Origin: Flavobacteriales bacterium
GTDB taxonomy: Bacteria; Bacteroidota; Bacteroidia; Palsa-965
NCBI GenBank assembly: GCA_040377305.1
Contig: JBEIPA010000029.1
Coordinates: 1 to 61,676, forward strand
DNA: 61,676 nt
Direction of reading: 5' to 3'
Part shown: positions 47,215-56,305 of the stretch, one piece after another
How the letters are laid out: each line of letters opens with the position of its first letter
Numbering within the stretch: position 1 is the first letter of the stretch
The notes under the pieces: generated by a model
Database searches by the model: none
Seen by the model: the letters and a program-made list of their open reading frames with translations, nothing else
What the model was told of the DNA's origin: nothing
Position numbers and translations under genes: made by a program

Positions 47215-47628
47215 ATGAGAAAATTGATCCTATTCCTTCTGATTGCAACACCGTTTGTGGTTTCAGCACAAGATCTTCGTACAGCAAGCGGCAGTTATTG
47301 GGGTGCTGTTGAAGACGATGGTGACATCAGAAACTCGAGCGGAAGTTATCGCGGACAATTCGAAGATGATGGTGATATCCGGAATCAATCGGGCTCCTAC
47401 ATGGGCGTAATTGAAGACGACGGTGACATTCGCAATGCATCCGGCTCATACATGGGAGTAGTAGAAGATGATGGCGATGTACGCAATGCATCTGGATCAT
47501 ATCTCGGTGTTATCGAAGACGACGGAGATGTGCGTGATGCTTCAGGAAGATATATCGGAAGCGCCAAAGGAATTGACAAGGCACAAGCGGCGTGTTTGTT
47601 TTTCTTTTTTGATTGGGAATCATGGTAA
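47215..47628 (+). CDS. Secreted 15-aa repeat protein (beta-flower-like)
   Basis: Signal peptide; six D[IV]RN.SGSY.G..EDDG units; C-terminal AACLFFFF. Confidence 0.75.
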   Translation: MRKLILFLLIATPFVVSAQDLRTASGSYWGAVEDDGDIRNSSGSYRGQFEDDGDIRNQSGSYMGVIEDDGDIRNASGSYMGVVEDDGDVRNASGSYLGVIEDDGDVRDASGRYIGSAKGIDKAQAACLFFFFDWESW

Positions 47629-47631
47629 ATG

Positions 47632-47830
47632 GAACGCGGATTTTGATGACCGAGATGTGTTAGGGGTCTCACATGGATCATTCTACTTGAGTTATCACAC
47701 CTGAATTTTGGATTCTATGAGATACGTGGTATAAGTTATGCATCAGCGTAAATCCCGTTCCGCCGCACTCTGAATAAACCGAAGATCGCTGACTGGAATA
47801 ACACCAACTGAAAAACAAAAATCCGTGTTC
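47632..47830. repeat. Short terminal inverted repeats bracketing a ~200-bp intergenic segment
   Basis: gaacgcggatttt (47632-47644) vs aaaatccgtgttc (47818-47830), 12/13 complementary. Confidence 0.5.
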
Positions 47831-47837
47831 AATACAT

Positions 47838-48596
47838 CTAGAATCTATAGCCAACATTAAATCCAAATCTCGCCGCGGCTTCCAGATTATCCCAGCGATA
47901 TTCGCGTTGAAATCCTAGTGTTGTGTATAGGTCCAGTGAGAGCGGTCCGTTCGAACGTAAAGCAACTCCATTTGTTAAACCGGCCATGTAGTATTCGACA
48001 GTACGTGGTTCTGCTGGAAGCGGTCCCCAATGTCCCCAACTAAATCGTTGAGATTTTCCATATTCCATTCCTGCGCCCACATAGTATGAAATGTTCGCTG
48101 TCTTGTGCACGTAATAGTGAACATCAAGTCCGAGACTCAACGGTTTGAATCGGGAGTAATAGTAATTACCGGAATAATAATTTCCTGCATTGCCGTAGGT
48201 GTTCGGCAATTGTGAAGCAAGCATTCCGCGTGATGCCTGTAAACGAACGCCAAGATCGTTCCAGAAAATGCGCTCGTAGTTTAACGTGAGCATTCCTGAA
48301 ACTGCATCGGTGATGGTAACACTCACCGAATTTTTCTTGAACACAATTACATCCGACGCACGCTTTCCGAATTTTTCCGAGAAGCCGTCTGCGTAAATGA
48401 TTCGCGCAACTTCCGATTTATAAATCAGGTAAGTCGGACCGTCCGAATTGTTGTGACGTTGGTAGGTGATTGTTTTGCTGTCGATCGTCAACACCTTCGC
48501 AATAATCTTCGCAGAGTCATTTCGAATGATTGTATCCTGTGCAGAAGCAACATCTGCAATCAGTATTAAACCAAGGAAGAGGTACTTTCTCATCAA
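47838..48596 (-). CDS. Outer-membrane beta-barrel protein with small N-terminal domain
   Basis: AQDTII..D..KI.AKV..I; LNYERIF; C-terminal RFGFNVGYRF. Confidence 0.75.
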   Translation of the reverse strand: MMRKYLFLGLILIADVASAQDTIIRNDSAKIIAKVLTIDSKTITYQRHNNSDGPTYLIYKSEVARIIYADGFSEKFGKRASDVIVFKKNSVSVTITDAVSGMLTLNYERIFWNDLGVRLQASRGMLASQLPNTYGNAGNYYSGNYYYSRFKPLSLGLDVHYYVHKTANISYYVGAGMEYGKSQRFSWGHWGPLPAEPRTVEYYMAGLTNGVALRSNGPLSLDLYTTLGFQREYRWDNLEAAARFGFNVGYRF

Positions 48597-48639
48597 CGTT
48601 ATTTTAAGTTACAGACGGGTAGAACGTAAAACGGTTGCG

Positions 48640-48647
48640 TACCTTTG
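48640..48647 (+). promoter_or_regulatory. -7 box TACCTTTG
   Basis: TAnnTTTG 18 nt before the rhomboid ATG. Confidence 0.65.
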
Positions 48648-48665
48648 TCTTGAAATTCTCTGAAC

Positions 48666-49331
48666 ATGATATCAGTTACCTGGATAGTCATTATCGCCAC
48701 CTGTGCGATCTCCTTGATTTATATGCAGAACCAGGAGTTCAGGAACAAATTTATGTTCAATGCCTATGCAATCAAACACCGGAATGAGTGGTGGAGATGG
48801 TTCACGGGCGGATTTCTTCACGCCGATGGAATGCATTTGCTGTTTAACATGATGACGCTGTATTTTTTCGGCGAAGCTGTGGAGCACACTTTCAATGGTA
48901 ATACACGATTCAATCAGGAGGAGCTCAAAGGTCAATATCTGTGGGGACACGGTGTAGGATCACTTATGTTTTTTCTGATGTACATGTCTGCTATTCCGTT
49001 GAGCAGTGTGTTCTCTTATTTCAAACACAAAAATGATCCTTACTACAATGCCCTCGGTGCGTCGGGTGCTGTGTCTGCGGTTGTATACACGTTCATCTTG
49101 TTTGCGCCCTTAACTGAACTTCGGATTTTCTTTGCAATTCCGGTCACAAGTTGGATTTACGGCATCCTTTATCTGATCATTTCCTGGAGCCTCGCCCGCC
49201 GGAATATTGGCAATATTGGGCATGATGCGCACTTTTTCGGATCCCTGTACGGATTTATCTTTCCTATCGTTTTCTTCCCTTTTCTGGCTGAAAACTTCGT
49301 TTCTCAGCTTATTGGCTCCTTCGTGAACTGA
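48666..49331 (+). CDS. Rhomboid intramembrane serine protease
   Basis: WWR, FLHADGMHLLFNM, GASGAV, HDAHFFG. Confidence 0.95.
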   Translation: MISVTWIVIIATCAISLIYMQNQEFRNKFMFNAYAIKHRNEWWRWFTGGFLHADGMHLLFNMMTLYFFGEAVEHTFNGNTRFNQEELKGQYLWGHGVGSLMFFLMYMSAIPLSSVFSYFKHKNDPYYNALGASGAVSAVVYTFILFAPLTELRIFFAIPVTSWIYGILYLIISWSLARRNIGNIGHDAHFFGSLYGFIFPIVFFPFLAENFVSQLIGSFVN

Positions 49332-49383
49332 CCCATTAACGAGGGTAGTTCAAAATATTTGCTATTTTCGAGAAAAAACGAAG

Positions 49384-50238
49384 GTGGCGAAACTTCTATT
49401 AAACGGAGAATTGAAGGATGCGGAGGCACCGCTCTTCAATGGTCATAACCGAATGTTCCGGTATGGCGACGGGTTGTTTGAGAGCATGCGCATGATTAAC
49501 GGGAAGCTTAGCTTTTCGAAAAAACACATGCAGCGTTTGCTCACAGGAGTTCAATTGTTGCAACTCCGGTTGCCCGATAACTTCCTGACAAATTCTCTGG
49601 ACACCTGGGCGAAGAAATTGTGGGAAGAAAACGGGAATCCTCCGGGAGCTCGTCTTCGTTTGTCGGTGTTTCGTAACGATGGTGGCTACTATGCACCAGA
49701 GTCAAACGATTCGACATGGCTGCTCGAGTTGTGGCCCATGGAACATGATCAATACGTGATCAACGAAAAAGGAATCAGCGTTGAGCTGTATCAGGATATT
49801 CGCAAACCAATCAACAAACTTTCTACGCTCAAAACTGCAAATGCAGAATTGTACGTGTTGGCTTCACTGCATGCAACTGCAATGAATGTTGATGATGCTG
49901 TGCTAATCAATCAGAACGGAAACGTTATTGAAGCAACAGGCTCGAGTTTGTTTGCAGTTAAGAATGGTGTTCTCTACACGGCTCCGCTTTCAGAAGGATG
50001 CGTTGCTGGTGTAATGCGTTCGATGGTGATGGAAATCGCACAGTCAAATCGTATTGCGGTCTATGAAGTTCCTTTGCCGTTATCCATTCTCCTGAACTCC
50101 GACGAGATTTTCCTCACGAATGCGGTGAAAGGAATTACTTGGGTTGGAGCATATCGTCAGAAGAGATATTTCTCACAGACTGCGCGGAAGGTGAATGAGT
50201 TGCTGAATAAGCTCGTTTCTATCCCAGCAGAAGCTTAG
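49384..50238 (+). CDS. Class IV aminotransferase (4-amino-4-deoxychorismate lyase-like)
   Basis: RYGDGLFESMR, HMQRL, LKT, IEATGSSLF, GCVAGVMR, DEIFLTNA; GTG start. Confidence 0.9.
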   Translation: MAKLLLNGELKDAEAPLFNGHNRMFRYGDGLFESMRMINGKLSFSKKHMQRLLTGVQLLQLRLPDNFLTNSLDTWAKKLWEENGNPPGARLRLSVFRNDGGYYAPESNDSTWLLELWPMEHDQYVINEKGISVELYQDIRKPINKLSTLKTANAELYVLASLHATAMNVDDAVLINQNGNVIEATGSSLFAVKNGVLYTAPLSEGCVAGVMRSMVMEIAQSNRIAVYEVPLPLSILLNSDEIFLTNAVKGITWVGAYRQKRYFSQTARKVNELLNKLVSIPAEA

Positions 50239-50257
50239 TCGCCTTTGGCGAGGCTTA

Positions 50258-50377
50258 ACCACGGAGACACGGCGAGCACTGCGAAATGTTTTTCGTTGTG
50301 CAATCGAATAAACTCGTGCAACTTTACTAGCTCCAGAATCATTAAGATTTAAGCCGTGCTCGCCGTGACGCCGTGGT
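50258..50377. repeat. Second copy of the ACCACGGAGACACGGCG inverted repeat between convergent genes
   Basis: accacggagacacggcgagcac...gccgtgctcgccgtgacgccgtggt. Confidence 0.85.
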
Positions 50378-50399
50378 AAGGCGGCAGCAGCGCTGCCCA

Positions 50400-50972
50400 C
50401 TAGTTCAGAGCAGGATCTTCCGGAAAATTCCGCATGTGCTCAAACTCTTTCCCGAGCGATTTCACCGCATTGCCCCATAGATTTTTTGAATCAGCATCGA
50501 ATACAAGCTCGCGATTGATTTTCGAAACGAACCACGATTTCTTTTCCATCTCGCCTTCAATCTGACCTGCTTCCCATCCGGAATAGCCAATGAAGAATCG
50601 GATTTCTTTCTGACCGATTTCTTTTTTCTCCACCATATTCCGCACCTGTTCGAAATCACCAAGCCACCACAAGCCGGGACCTATCGGAATGCTGTTTGCA
50701 ATTTTATCACCGAGCGTGTGCACATAAAAAAGCTGATCGCGTTGCACGGGTCCACCAAAGTGAATGCGATGATCGGTTAACGGAAAGTCAGGTATAACTT
50801 CATGCACAAACAGCTCTACCGGTTTGTTGAGGATAAATCCAACCGTACCTTTTTCGTTCAGTTCCGCAACTACAACAACCGCACGACGAAAGTAGTTGTC
50901 GCTCATGAACGGTTCTGCAACAAGTAATCGTCCTTGTTTCAGTTCCAAACGGTTTTCCTTAAACATGCTCAT
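50400..50972 (-). CDS. YqgE/AlgH (UPF0301) family protein
   Basis: GRLLVAEP...YFRRAVV, GFILNKP, GGPV, FFIGYSGW..GQ. Confidence 0.93.
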   Translation of the reverse strand: MSMFKENRLELKQGRLLVAEPFMSDNYFRRAVVVVAELNEKGTVGFILNKPVELFVHEVIPDFPLTDHRIHFGGPVQRDQLFYVHTLGDKIANSIPIGPGLWWLGDFEQVRNMVEKKEIGQKEIRFFIGYSGWEAGQIEGEMEKKSWFVSKINRELVFDADSKNLWGNAVKSLGKEFEHMRNFPEDPALN

Positions 50973-51040
50973 GATTACAATCAGTTCAATGTTTGTACCA
51001 AATTAGAGAAATGTCATTGTTTCTTCGCGATGTATTCCTT

Positions 51041-51048
51041 TAACTTTG
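51041..51048 (+). promoter_or_regulatory. -7 box TAACTTTG upstream of pdxH
   Basis: TAnnTTTG match. Confidence 0.55.
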
Positions 51049-51118
51049 TTAACCGAAGCTGATTGATAAGTCAGAACAGTCAGACAATCAGTTTAGCAGA
51101 CACGCACTCGTCACTTGT

Positions 51119-51769
51119 ATGGACCATCTTCGCGAACATATAAACAAACTTCGTCACGACTTCATGAAGGAGTCGCTCGATGAATCAATGGTACACGTTG
51201 ATGGCATTAAACAATTCGAAGCGTGGTTTTTGCAGGCTGTTGATGGCAAAGCGAAAGAACCGAATGCGTTTGTGTTGTCTACTGTTGGCACGGACCTGAA
51301 ACCATCCGCGCGTATATTATTATTACGCGATTTCAATGAGATTGGATTTGTCTTCTATACAAATTATAACAGCCGCAAGAGCAGGGAAATTGAGCAGAAC
51401 CCGAATGCATGCATGACTTTCTTCTGGCCTGAACTCGAAAGGCAGGTTAGAGTAGAAGGGAAGCTCATGAAGCAAAGTCCTGCGGAGTCTGATGAATACT
51501 TCAATGCACGTCCACGCTCGAGTCAGCTCGGCGCATGGGCATCTCCGCAAAGCGATTCACTTCCATCAAGAGAAGTGCTCGATTCAGCGTTGAGTGCAAT
51601 GGAAAAGCGTTTCGAAGGACAACCCGTTCCTCGTCCGGAATGGTGGGGTGGATTCGTGCTCCAACCCGATAAAATAGAATTCTGGCAAGGTCGCCCAAGT
51701 CGTTTGCATGATCGTTTGTTGTATCTGCGAACAGGTTTTGAGTGGAAAATCGCCAGACTCGCTCCGTAA
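51119..51769 (+). CDS. pdxH: Pyridoxamine 5'-phosphate oxidase
   Basis: EPNAFVLST, PSARILLL, FYTNYNSRK, LERQVRVEG, EFWQGRPSRLHDR. Confidence 0.96.
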   Translation: MDHLREHINKLRHDFMKESLDESMVHVDGIKQFEAWFLQAVDGKAKEPNAFVLSTVGTDLKPSARILLLRDFNEIGFVFYTNYNSRKSREIEQNPNACMTFFWPELERQVRVEGKLMKQSPAESDEYFNARPRSSQLGAWASPQSDSLPSREVLDSALSAMEKRFEGQPVPRPEWWGGFVLQPDKIEFWQGRPSRLHDRLLYLRTGFEWKIARLAP

Positions 51770-51782
51770 CCGACGAATTATT

Positions 51783-51840
51783 ACCGCCTCGACGCCAAAA
51801 CGCCAAGTACTATTGCTTGGCGTTTTGGCGTCTAGGCGGT
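51783..51840. repeat. Long hairpin built of GACGCCAA-type 8-mers after pdxH
   Basis: accgcctcgacgccaaaacgccaag-tactattg-cttggcgttttggcgtctaggcggt. Confidence 0.8.
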
Positions 51841-52045
51841 TTAATCCCTATTGCAGTGACAACTAATGTTAATCTGACAAACTTTCATTGACGATTTTGC
51901 GTTTCACTTATGGAATTCTCTGCTCCCGAGCATCATTTATAGCGTAAATAGCCATGGTTTAACACTTACCCAATAAGTAGTAATCGCAATAAAAGAAGTG
52001 ACTTTGGTCCGGCTGTTGCAATTATACTATCAAAACCAAAACGCT

Positions 52046-52945
52046 ATGAAAACGATCAACCTCCTTCTGACCACCGCTGCCATCGCCGGAGTTGTTATCG
52101 CTGCTGGTATGAACGCAGAGAACAACGAAACTAAAGTTCTTGCTGCAAACAACACTGGACACGCAGTAGCGGTTCACGTTTGCGCTCATCACAGCTATGG
52201 CGGTTCTGCTCTCGACGCGCTATTGGGTCGCGAGACAAGCACTTCTCTTGGTAACCCTGTTTACGATCGCAAGATGCGTGAAGAGGTTGCAAACCAACGC
52301 GAGTTTTTCCAGGGCGTGAAAGCCGAAGTTGTGATTCTGGATGAGAAACACATGGAGCTTCGCAACGCTTATGCAAGTTCTGCAGGAACAATTTACTTCG
52401 GAAAGAATATGTTCTTCTACACTGTGAATCACTTCAACGAGCTGGCGGTAGCGGGTATCCTGGCTCACGAATGGTCACACCGTGTTCAGTACACTTTCCA
52501 CTGGGATAAAGAATTGAAGAATCCTGCGCTCGAACTTGAGGCTGATGCAATGAGCGGTTACTACATGGCTCTTGAAAAAGGATTCGCATGGAATCAGATT
52601 GATGCGTACTTCCGCAGTACAGAAAGCACAGGCGATTTCCAGATAGATTCTAAACAACACCACGGAACTCCCAACCAGCGTGTAGCTGCAGCATATCTCG
52701 GCGTACAACTGGCAAACGAAAGCGTGAAGAACGGAGAAGCATTTTCTTACGAAGACTTGCACCACCGTATAGTAGATAGTCTCTACACAAACATTATCCG
52801 TCAGGACAATGGCGAGATCACGGTGAAAAATGGTTCAGTAATTAACCAGATCGCTTTGGGTCAAACAACCGGAAAAGATATTGCTGCACCTGCACTTACT
52901 GCAGCAGAAAGAACAAAGTTCCGTCCTTTTGAAGAAGAGAATTAA
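52046..52945 (+). CDS. Secreted neutral zinc metallopeptidase
   Basis: NAYA...TIYFG, ILAHEWSHRVQ, ELEADAMSG, HGTPNQR. Start set at MKTINL. Confidence 0.85.
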   Translation: MKTINLLLTTAAIAGVVIAAGMNAENNETKVLAANNTGHAVAVHVCAHHSYGGSALDALLGRETSTSLGNPVYDRKMREEVANQREFFQGVKAEVVILDEKHMELRNAYASSAGTIYFGKNMFFYTVNHFNELAVAGILAHEWSHRVQYTFHWDKELKNPALELEADAMSGYYMALEKGFAWNQIDAYFRSTESTGDFQIDSKQHHGTPNQRVAAAYLGVQLANESVKNGEAFSYEDLHHRIVDSLYTNIIRQDNGEITVKNGSVINQIALGQTTGKDIAAPALTAAERTKFRPFEEEN

Positions 52946-52968
52946 GTAACCCGAACCACTATAAATGC

Positions 52969-53003
52969 AAAAGTCCCGGCTCATAACGAGTCGGGACTTT
53001 TTT
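52969..53003. terminator. Bidirectional terminator
   Basis: aaaagtcccggctc-ataac-gagtcgggactttttt. Confidence 0.85.
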
Positions 53004-53097
53004 CTTTTTGTCAACCAGCAATTCTGATCTTTTTTGATTAGCAATGCATGCATCAGCTAATCGAAATCCGCCGCGGCGGAGGAAATCAGCTAATTGA

Positions 53098-53250
53098 TTA
53101 AGCGCTTTTCTTAGCTGCTTTTTTCGCTGGAGCTTTTTTCTTCGCTGCAGCTACCGGAGCAGTTGACACACTTGCTTTCTTAGGACGCGTCTTTCCGCGT
53201 GATCCCATGAAACGTTTTCCTTTGCCGGATTTTTTATCGCCTTTGCCCAT
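53098..53250 (-). CDS. 30S ribosomal protein THX (bTHX)
   Basis: MGKGDKKSGKGKRFMGSRGKTRPKK plus Lys/Ala tail; start at ATG 53250. Confidence 0.88.
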   Translation of the reverse strand: MGKGDKKSGKGKRFMGSRGKTRPKKASVSTAPVAAAKKKAPAKKAAKKSA

Positions 53251-53338
53251 TTTGAATGTGTAGTTGTTAGTTTTCTCAAATATAGTCAATTCGAGAGATT
53301 CGAAGATTTGAAAATTTGATCATCGAATATTCGAATTT

Positions 53339-54031
53339 TCAAATTTTCGAATAGCCATTACGCGAATTGAACTCCTCAATGATATCTTCAACCCGCTTAA
53401 CCGAATTCTTAACCCATTCCAACTTCACCTCTGCAATTTCCTCTTCGCTCATTTGCCACTGTACATCGGATTCCTCCATCTTCTTTCGTAACTCCGCAAG
53501 ACAAAGCGCCGCAGAAACAGAAATGTTGAAGCTCTCCGTAAATCCATACATCGGAATACGGACAAATTCATCGGCTTCCGCACGCACATCATCACTAATT
53601 CCATCTAATTCCGTTCCGAAGAACATGGCAATTTTTCCTTTAGTCACGTCCACATCGCTAATCATGTGCGACTTCTCATGCGGAGTAGTGGCCAGAATCC
53701 GATAACCTTGTTTCTTGAGTTCACGAATACAGGACAGTGTGTTGTTCTCCGTGTGGTTGTGATGATGCAGCGTTAGCCAGTTACTCGCGCCTTTTGCAAC
53801 TTCCTTACTGGGCTTATACTTGTTCTTGTTCTCGATAACATGCAGATCCTGTACACCGAAACATTCCGCACTACGCATCACCGCACTCGCATTGTGAGGC
53901 TGATAAATATCTTCAACGGCAACGGTGATGTAACGCGTACGAAGCCCAACAATCTCCTCGATCTTCGCCATGCGTTGATCGCTGATGAATTGCTTGAGAA
54001 ATTCGTATAGGTCTTTCTTGTACTGGTCCAT
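53339..54031 (-). CDS. TrmH/SpoU family RNA methyltransferase
   Basis: EDIYQPHNASAVMRS, FFGTELDG, IPMYGFTESFNISV. Confidence 0.93.
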   Translation of the reverse strand: MDQYKKDLYEFLKQFISDQRMAKIEEIVGLRTRYITVAVEDIYQPHNASAVMRSAECFGVQDLHVIENKNKYKPSKEVAKGASNWLTLHHHNHTENNTLSCIRELKKQGYRILATTPHEKSHMISDVDVTKGKIAMFFGTELDGISDDVRAEADEFVRIPMYGFTESFNISVSAALCLAELRKKMEESDVQWQMSEEEIAEVKLEWVKNSVKRVEDIIEEFNSRNGYSKI

Positions 54032-54059
54032 TTCGCGACTTGCCTACTTAATGACTTTA

Positions 54060-55118
54060 TTACTTAATACTGTTTAAAGTCATCACATTACATAACCTGT
54101 AAAGCATTCTCGCGCCCACATTCGCATCCCATTCGTCTCCATCAGGACCTGGCGCAACTTCGTTCAGATCGAAGCCGATGATTTTCTTTCCCGAACGTGC
54201 AAGTTCAGTGAAGAGATAACCAGCTTGTTCGAATTCCAGTCCACCTGCAACGGGAGTTCCTGTGTTCGGACACAAATTCGGAACGAGTCCGTCGATGTCG
54301 AAAGAGATGTATACTTTTTCAGGCAATGAAGCAATGATGCGTTTCACCATCTCTGCCCATGTAACACCTTTATACGACTCCTGACGCATGTCGCGATCGA
54401 AGAAAGTGATTACGCGACCATTACTGTTTTCAATGATCTCGCGTTCCTGCTGACAGAAATCGCGAATTCCAACCTGCACCAGTTTTTTCACTTGTGGAAT
54501 TGAAAGCGCATTGTACATGATGGATGCGTGCGAGTATGTGAATCCTTCGTAAGCAATTCGCAAATCCGCATGCGCATCAATTTGCAGAATGCCGAAGTCG
54601 CCGTTCATTTCCGCTTGTGCCTGAAGCATTCCAAATGGAGTAGAGTGGTCGCCGCCGAGAAGTCCAACGCGTTTACCTTGCTTCATCCAATGCAAACAAC
54701 GGTTCTTCACCCATGCGTTCATTTCAGCAGAACCTTGATTTACTTCTGCGAGAATCTTCACAAGGCTTGCGTCTTTTTCTACCTCTTGTCCATTGGTGAG
54801 TGCGTCAATATATTCAACGGCTTTCTCGCGCAATGCACCAGCATTCTCTTGCAATTGTGTTGGAATTTCATCCATTGCAATGCCGAATTTCCATGCATCT
54901 TTCAAATCGGGTTCATACAAATCCACTTGAAACGAAGCATTGAAAACAGCTTCAGGACCATTCGATGTTCCATCGGAATACGAAACTGTTACATCCCAGG
55001 GAACAGGAACTATTACTGTATCGGCTTCTTCACAAGTGAATGGTAAACCGTAAATATTCGCATCCGGATCTCCCGGAGAATTCGGGTCGAAATTTTTGAT
55101 TTTTTGTTCTTTACTCAT
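54060..55118 (-). CDS. speB: Agmatinase family ureohydrolase
   Basis: GGDHS, DAHADLR, SHAS, SFDIDGL, TGTPV.GG. Confidence 0.85.
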   Translation of the reverse strand: MSKEQKIKNFDPNSPGDPDANIYGLPFTCEEADTVIVPVPWDVTVSYSDGTSNGPEAVFNASFQVDLYEPDLKDAWKFGIAMDEIPTQLQENAGALREKAVEYIDALTNGQEVEKDASLVKILAEVNQGSAEMNAWVKNRCLHWMKQGKRVGLLGGDHSTPFGMLQAQAEMNGDFGILQIDAHADLRIAYEGFTYSHASIMYNALSIPQVKKLVQVGIRDFCQQEREIIENSNGRVITFFDRDMRQESYKGVTWAEMVKRIIASLPEKVYISFDIDGLVPNLCPNTGTPVAGGLEFEQAGYLFTELARSGKKIIGFDLNEVAPGPDGDEWDANVGARMLYRLCNVMTLNSIK

Positions 55119-55132
55119 GCCGCGAAGTTAAT

Positions 55133-55195
55133 AGTTCTCGGTTCTCGGTGCTCGGTTGTGCGATGTACTTTGTTCTCTGGTTGTTAACTGAGCAC
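55133..55195. repeat. GTTCTCG heptamer-arm element upstream of agmatinase (same family as 57616-57694)
   Basis: agttctcggttctcggtgctcggttgtgcgatgtactttgttctc...aactgagcac. Confidence 0.6.
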
Positions 55196-55261
55196 ATTAC
55201 CGACTTGAGATCGTGGTACAAAAAAAGCCCTCCTTTCAGAAGAGCTTATTCGAGTATCTAT

Positions 55262-55324
55262 TGTCAGTTCGAGTAGCCACCTGAATATTCTTGAGAAACA
55301 ATTTCAGGCGTACCGAGAACTGAC
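55262..55324. repeat. Structured REP-like element abutting the HU stop codon
   Basis: tgtcagttc-gagtag-ccacctgaat...atttcaggc-gtaccga-gaactgac. Confidence 0.8.
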
Positions 55325-55326
55325 TA

Positions 55327-55602
55327 TTATTTATTCACCGACTTAATCAAGTCAGAACCTGCTTTAAACTTCGCTACTTTTTTCGCACCGATTTTTACAG
55401 TTGTTCCTGTTTGTGGATTGCGTCCGATACGTGCAGCTCGTTTTGCAACGGTGAATGTTCCGAATCCGACAAGAGAGACCTTGTCATTTTTCTTCAGTGT
55501 GTTGGCGATGTTTTCGATTGTTGCATCCAGTGCGCGACCTGCATCAGCTTTCGACATTTTCGCGGAGACAGCAATTGCCTCAATGAGTTCTGCTTTATTC
55601 AT
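55327..55602 (-). CDS. hup: HU family DNA-binding protein (copy 1)
   Basis: MNKAELI...VGFGTF...GRNPQTG...KFKAG; -7 box TAGCTTTG at 55629-55636 (minus). Confidence 0.96.
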   Translation of the reverse strand: MNKAELIEAIAVSAKMSKADAGRALDATIENIANTLKKNDKVSLVGFGTFTVAKRAARIGRNPQTGTTVKIGAKKVAKFKAGSDLIKSVNK

Positions 55603-55732
55603 AAAAGGGGGAATTGGGAGTGTGTATGCAAAGCTAAACCAATTCCTGAATTGAACAAATGCTCCTGGACAGTCTTCGACTGGCGTTCAGTCTGACAAAG
55701 AAGTTCATTGAGAAAAAGATGTAATTACAAAT

Positions 55733-55764
55733 AAAAATCCCACTCTGTTTTACAAAGTGGGATT
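55733..55764 (-). terminator. Terminator downstream of HU copy 2
   Basis: aaaaatcccact-ctgttttacaa-agtgggatt. Confidence 0.75.
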
Positions 55765-55791
55765 CTAACTTTTATTCTTGGTTGATCAAAT

Positions 55792-55861
55792 TGTCAGACC
55801 AAGTAGACGGGAATTATTGCGGAGCAACTTGGAAAAAAATACCGTCGTACCGAGGGCTGAC
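55792..55861. repeat. Structured REP-like element overlapping the HU copy 2 stop codon
   Basis: tgtcagacc-aagtag-acgg...ccgtc-gtaccga-gggctgac. Confidence 0.8.
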
Positions 55862-56136
55862 TATTTGTTCACCGTCTTCGCCAAATCAATTCCAGCCTTA
55901 AACTTCGCTACTTTTTTCGCCGCAATCTTAATTGATTTTCCGGTCTGCGGATTTCTTCCTGTGCGTGCTGCGCGTTTTGTCACCGTGAAAGTACCAAATC
56001 CAACAAGAGCAACTTTATCGCCCTTCTTCAGTGCTTTAGTAACATTTTCAATGGTCGCATCAAGTGCGCGTTGTGCATCTGCTTTCGTAATTCTTGCTGT
56101 AGTTGCAATTGCATCAATTAATTCTGCCTTGTTCAT
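55861..56136 (-). CDS. hup: HU family DNA-binding protein (copy 2)
   Basis: [11 protein letters not shown]...GRNPQTG; start at ATG 56136; 91 aa, same length as copy 1. Confidence 0.96.
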   Translation of the reverse strand: MNKAELIDAIATTARITKADAQRALDATIENVTKALKKGDKVALVGFGTFTVTKRAARTGRNPQTGKSIKIAAKKVAKFKAGIDLAKTVNK

Positions 56137-56305
56137 GTATATGATGTTTGTATGAGTGTCTTTTGTGTTGTCAGGATCACATCCTGACAAGTGTAACGGG
56201 ACGCAAAAATAGAACGAATATGCGTCATCACAAGAATAGGGTGAAGTTTGTTGATAATTCCATAAACCTGTGGAAAACGCACCAATAAAGGGCTGTAGAG
56301 GTTTA

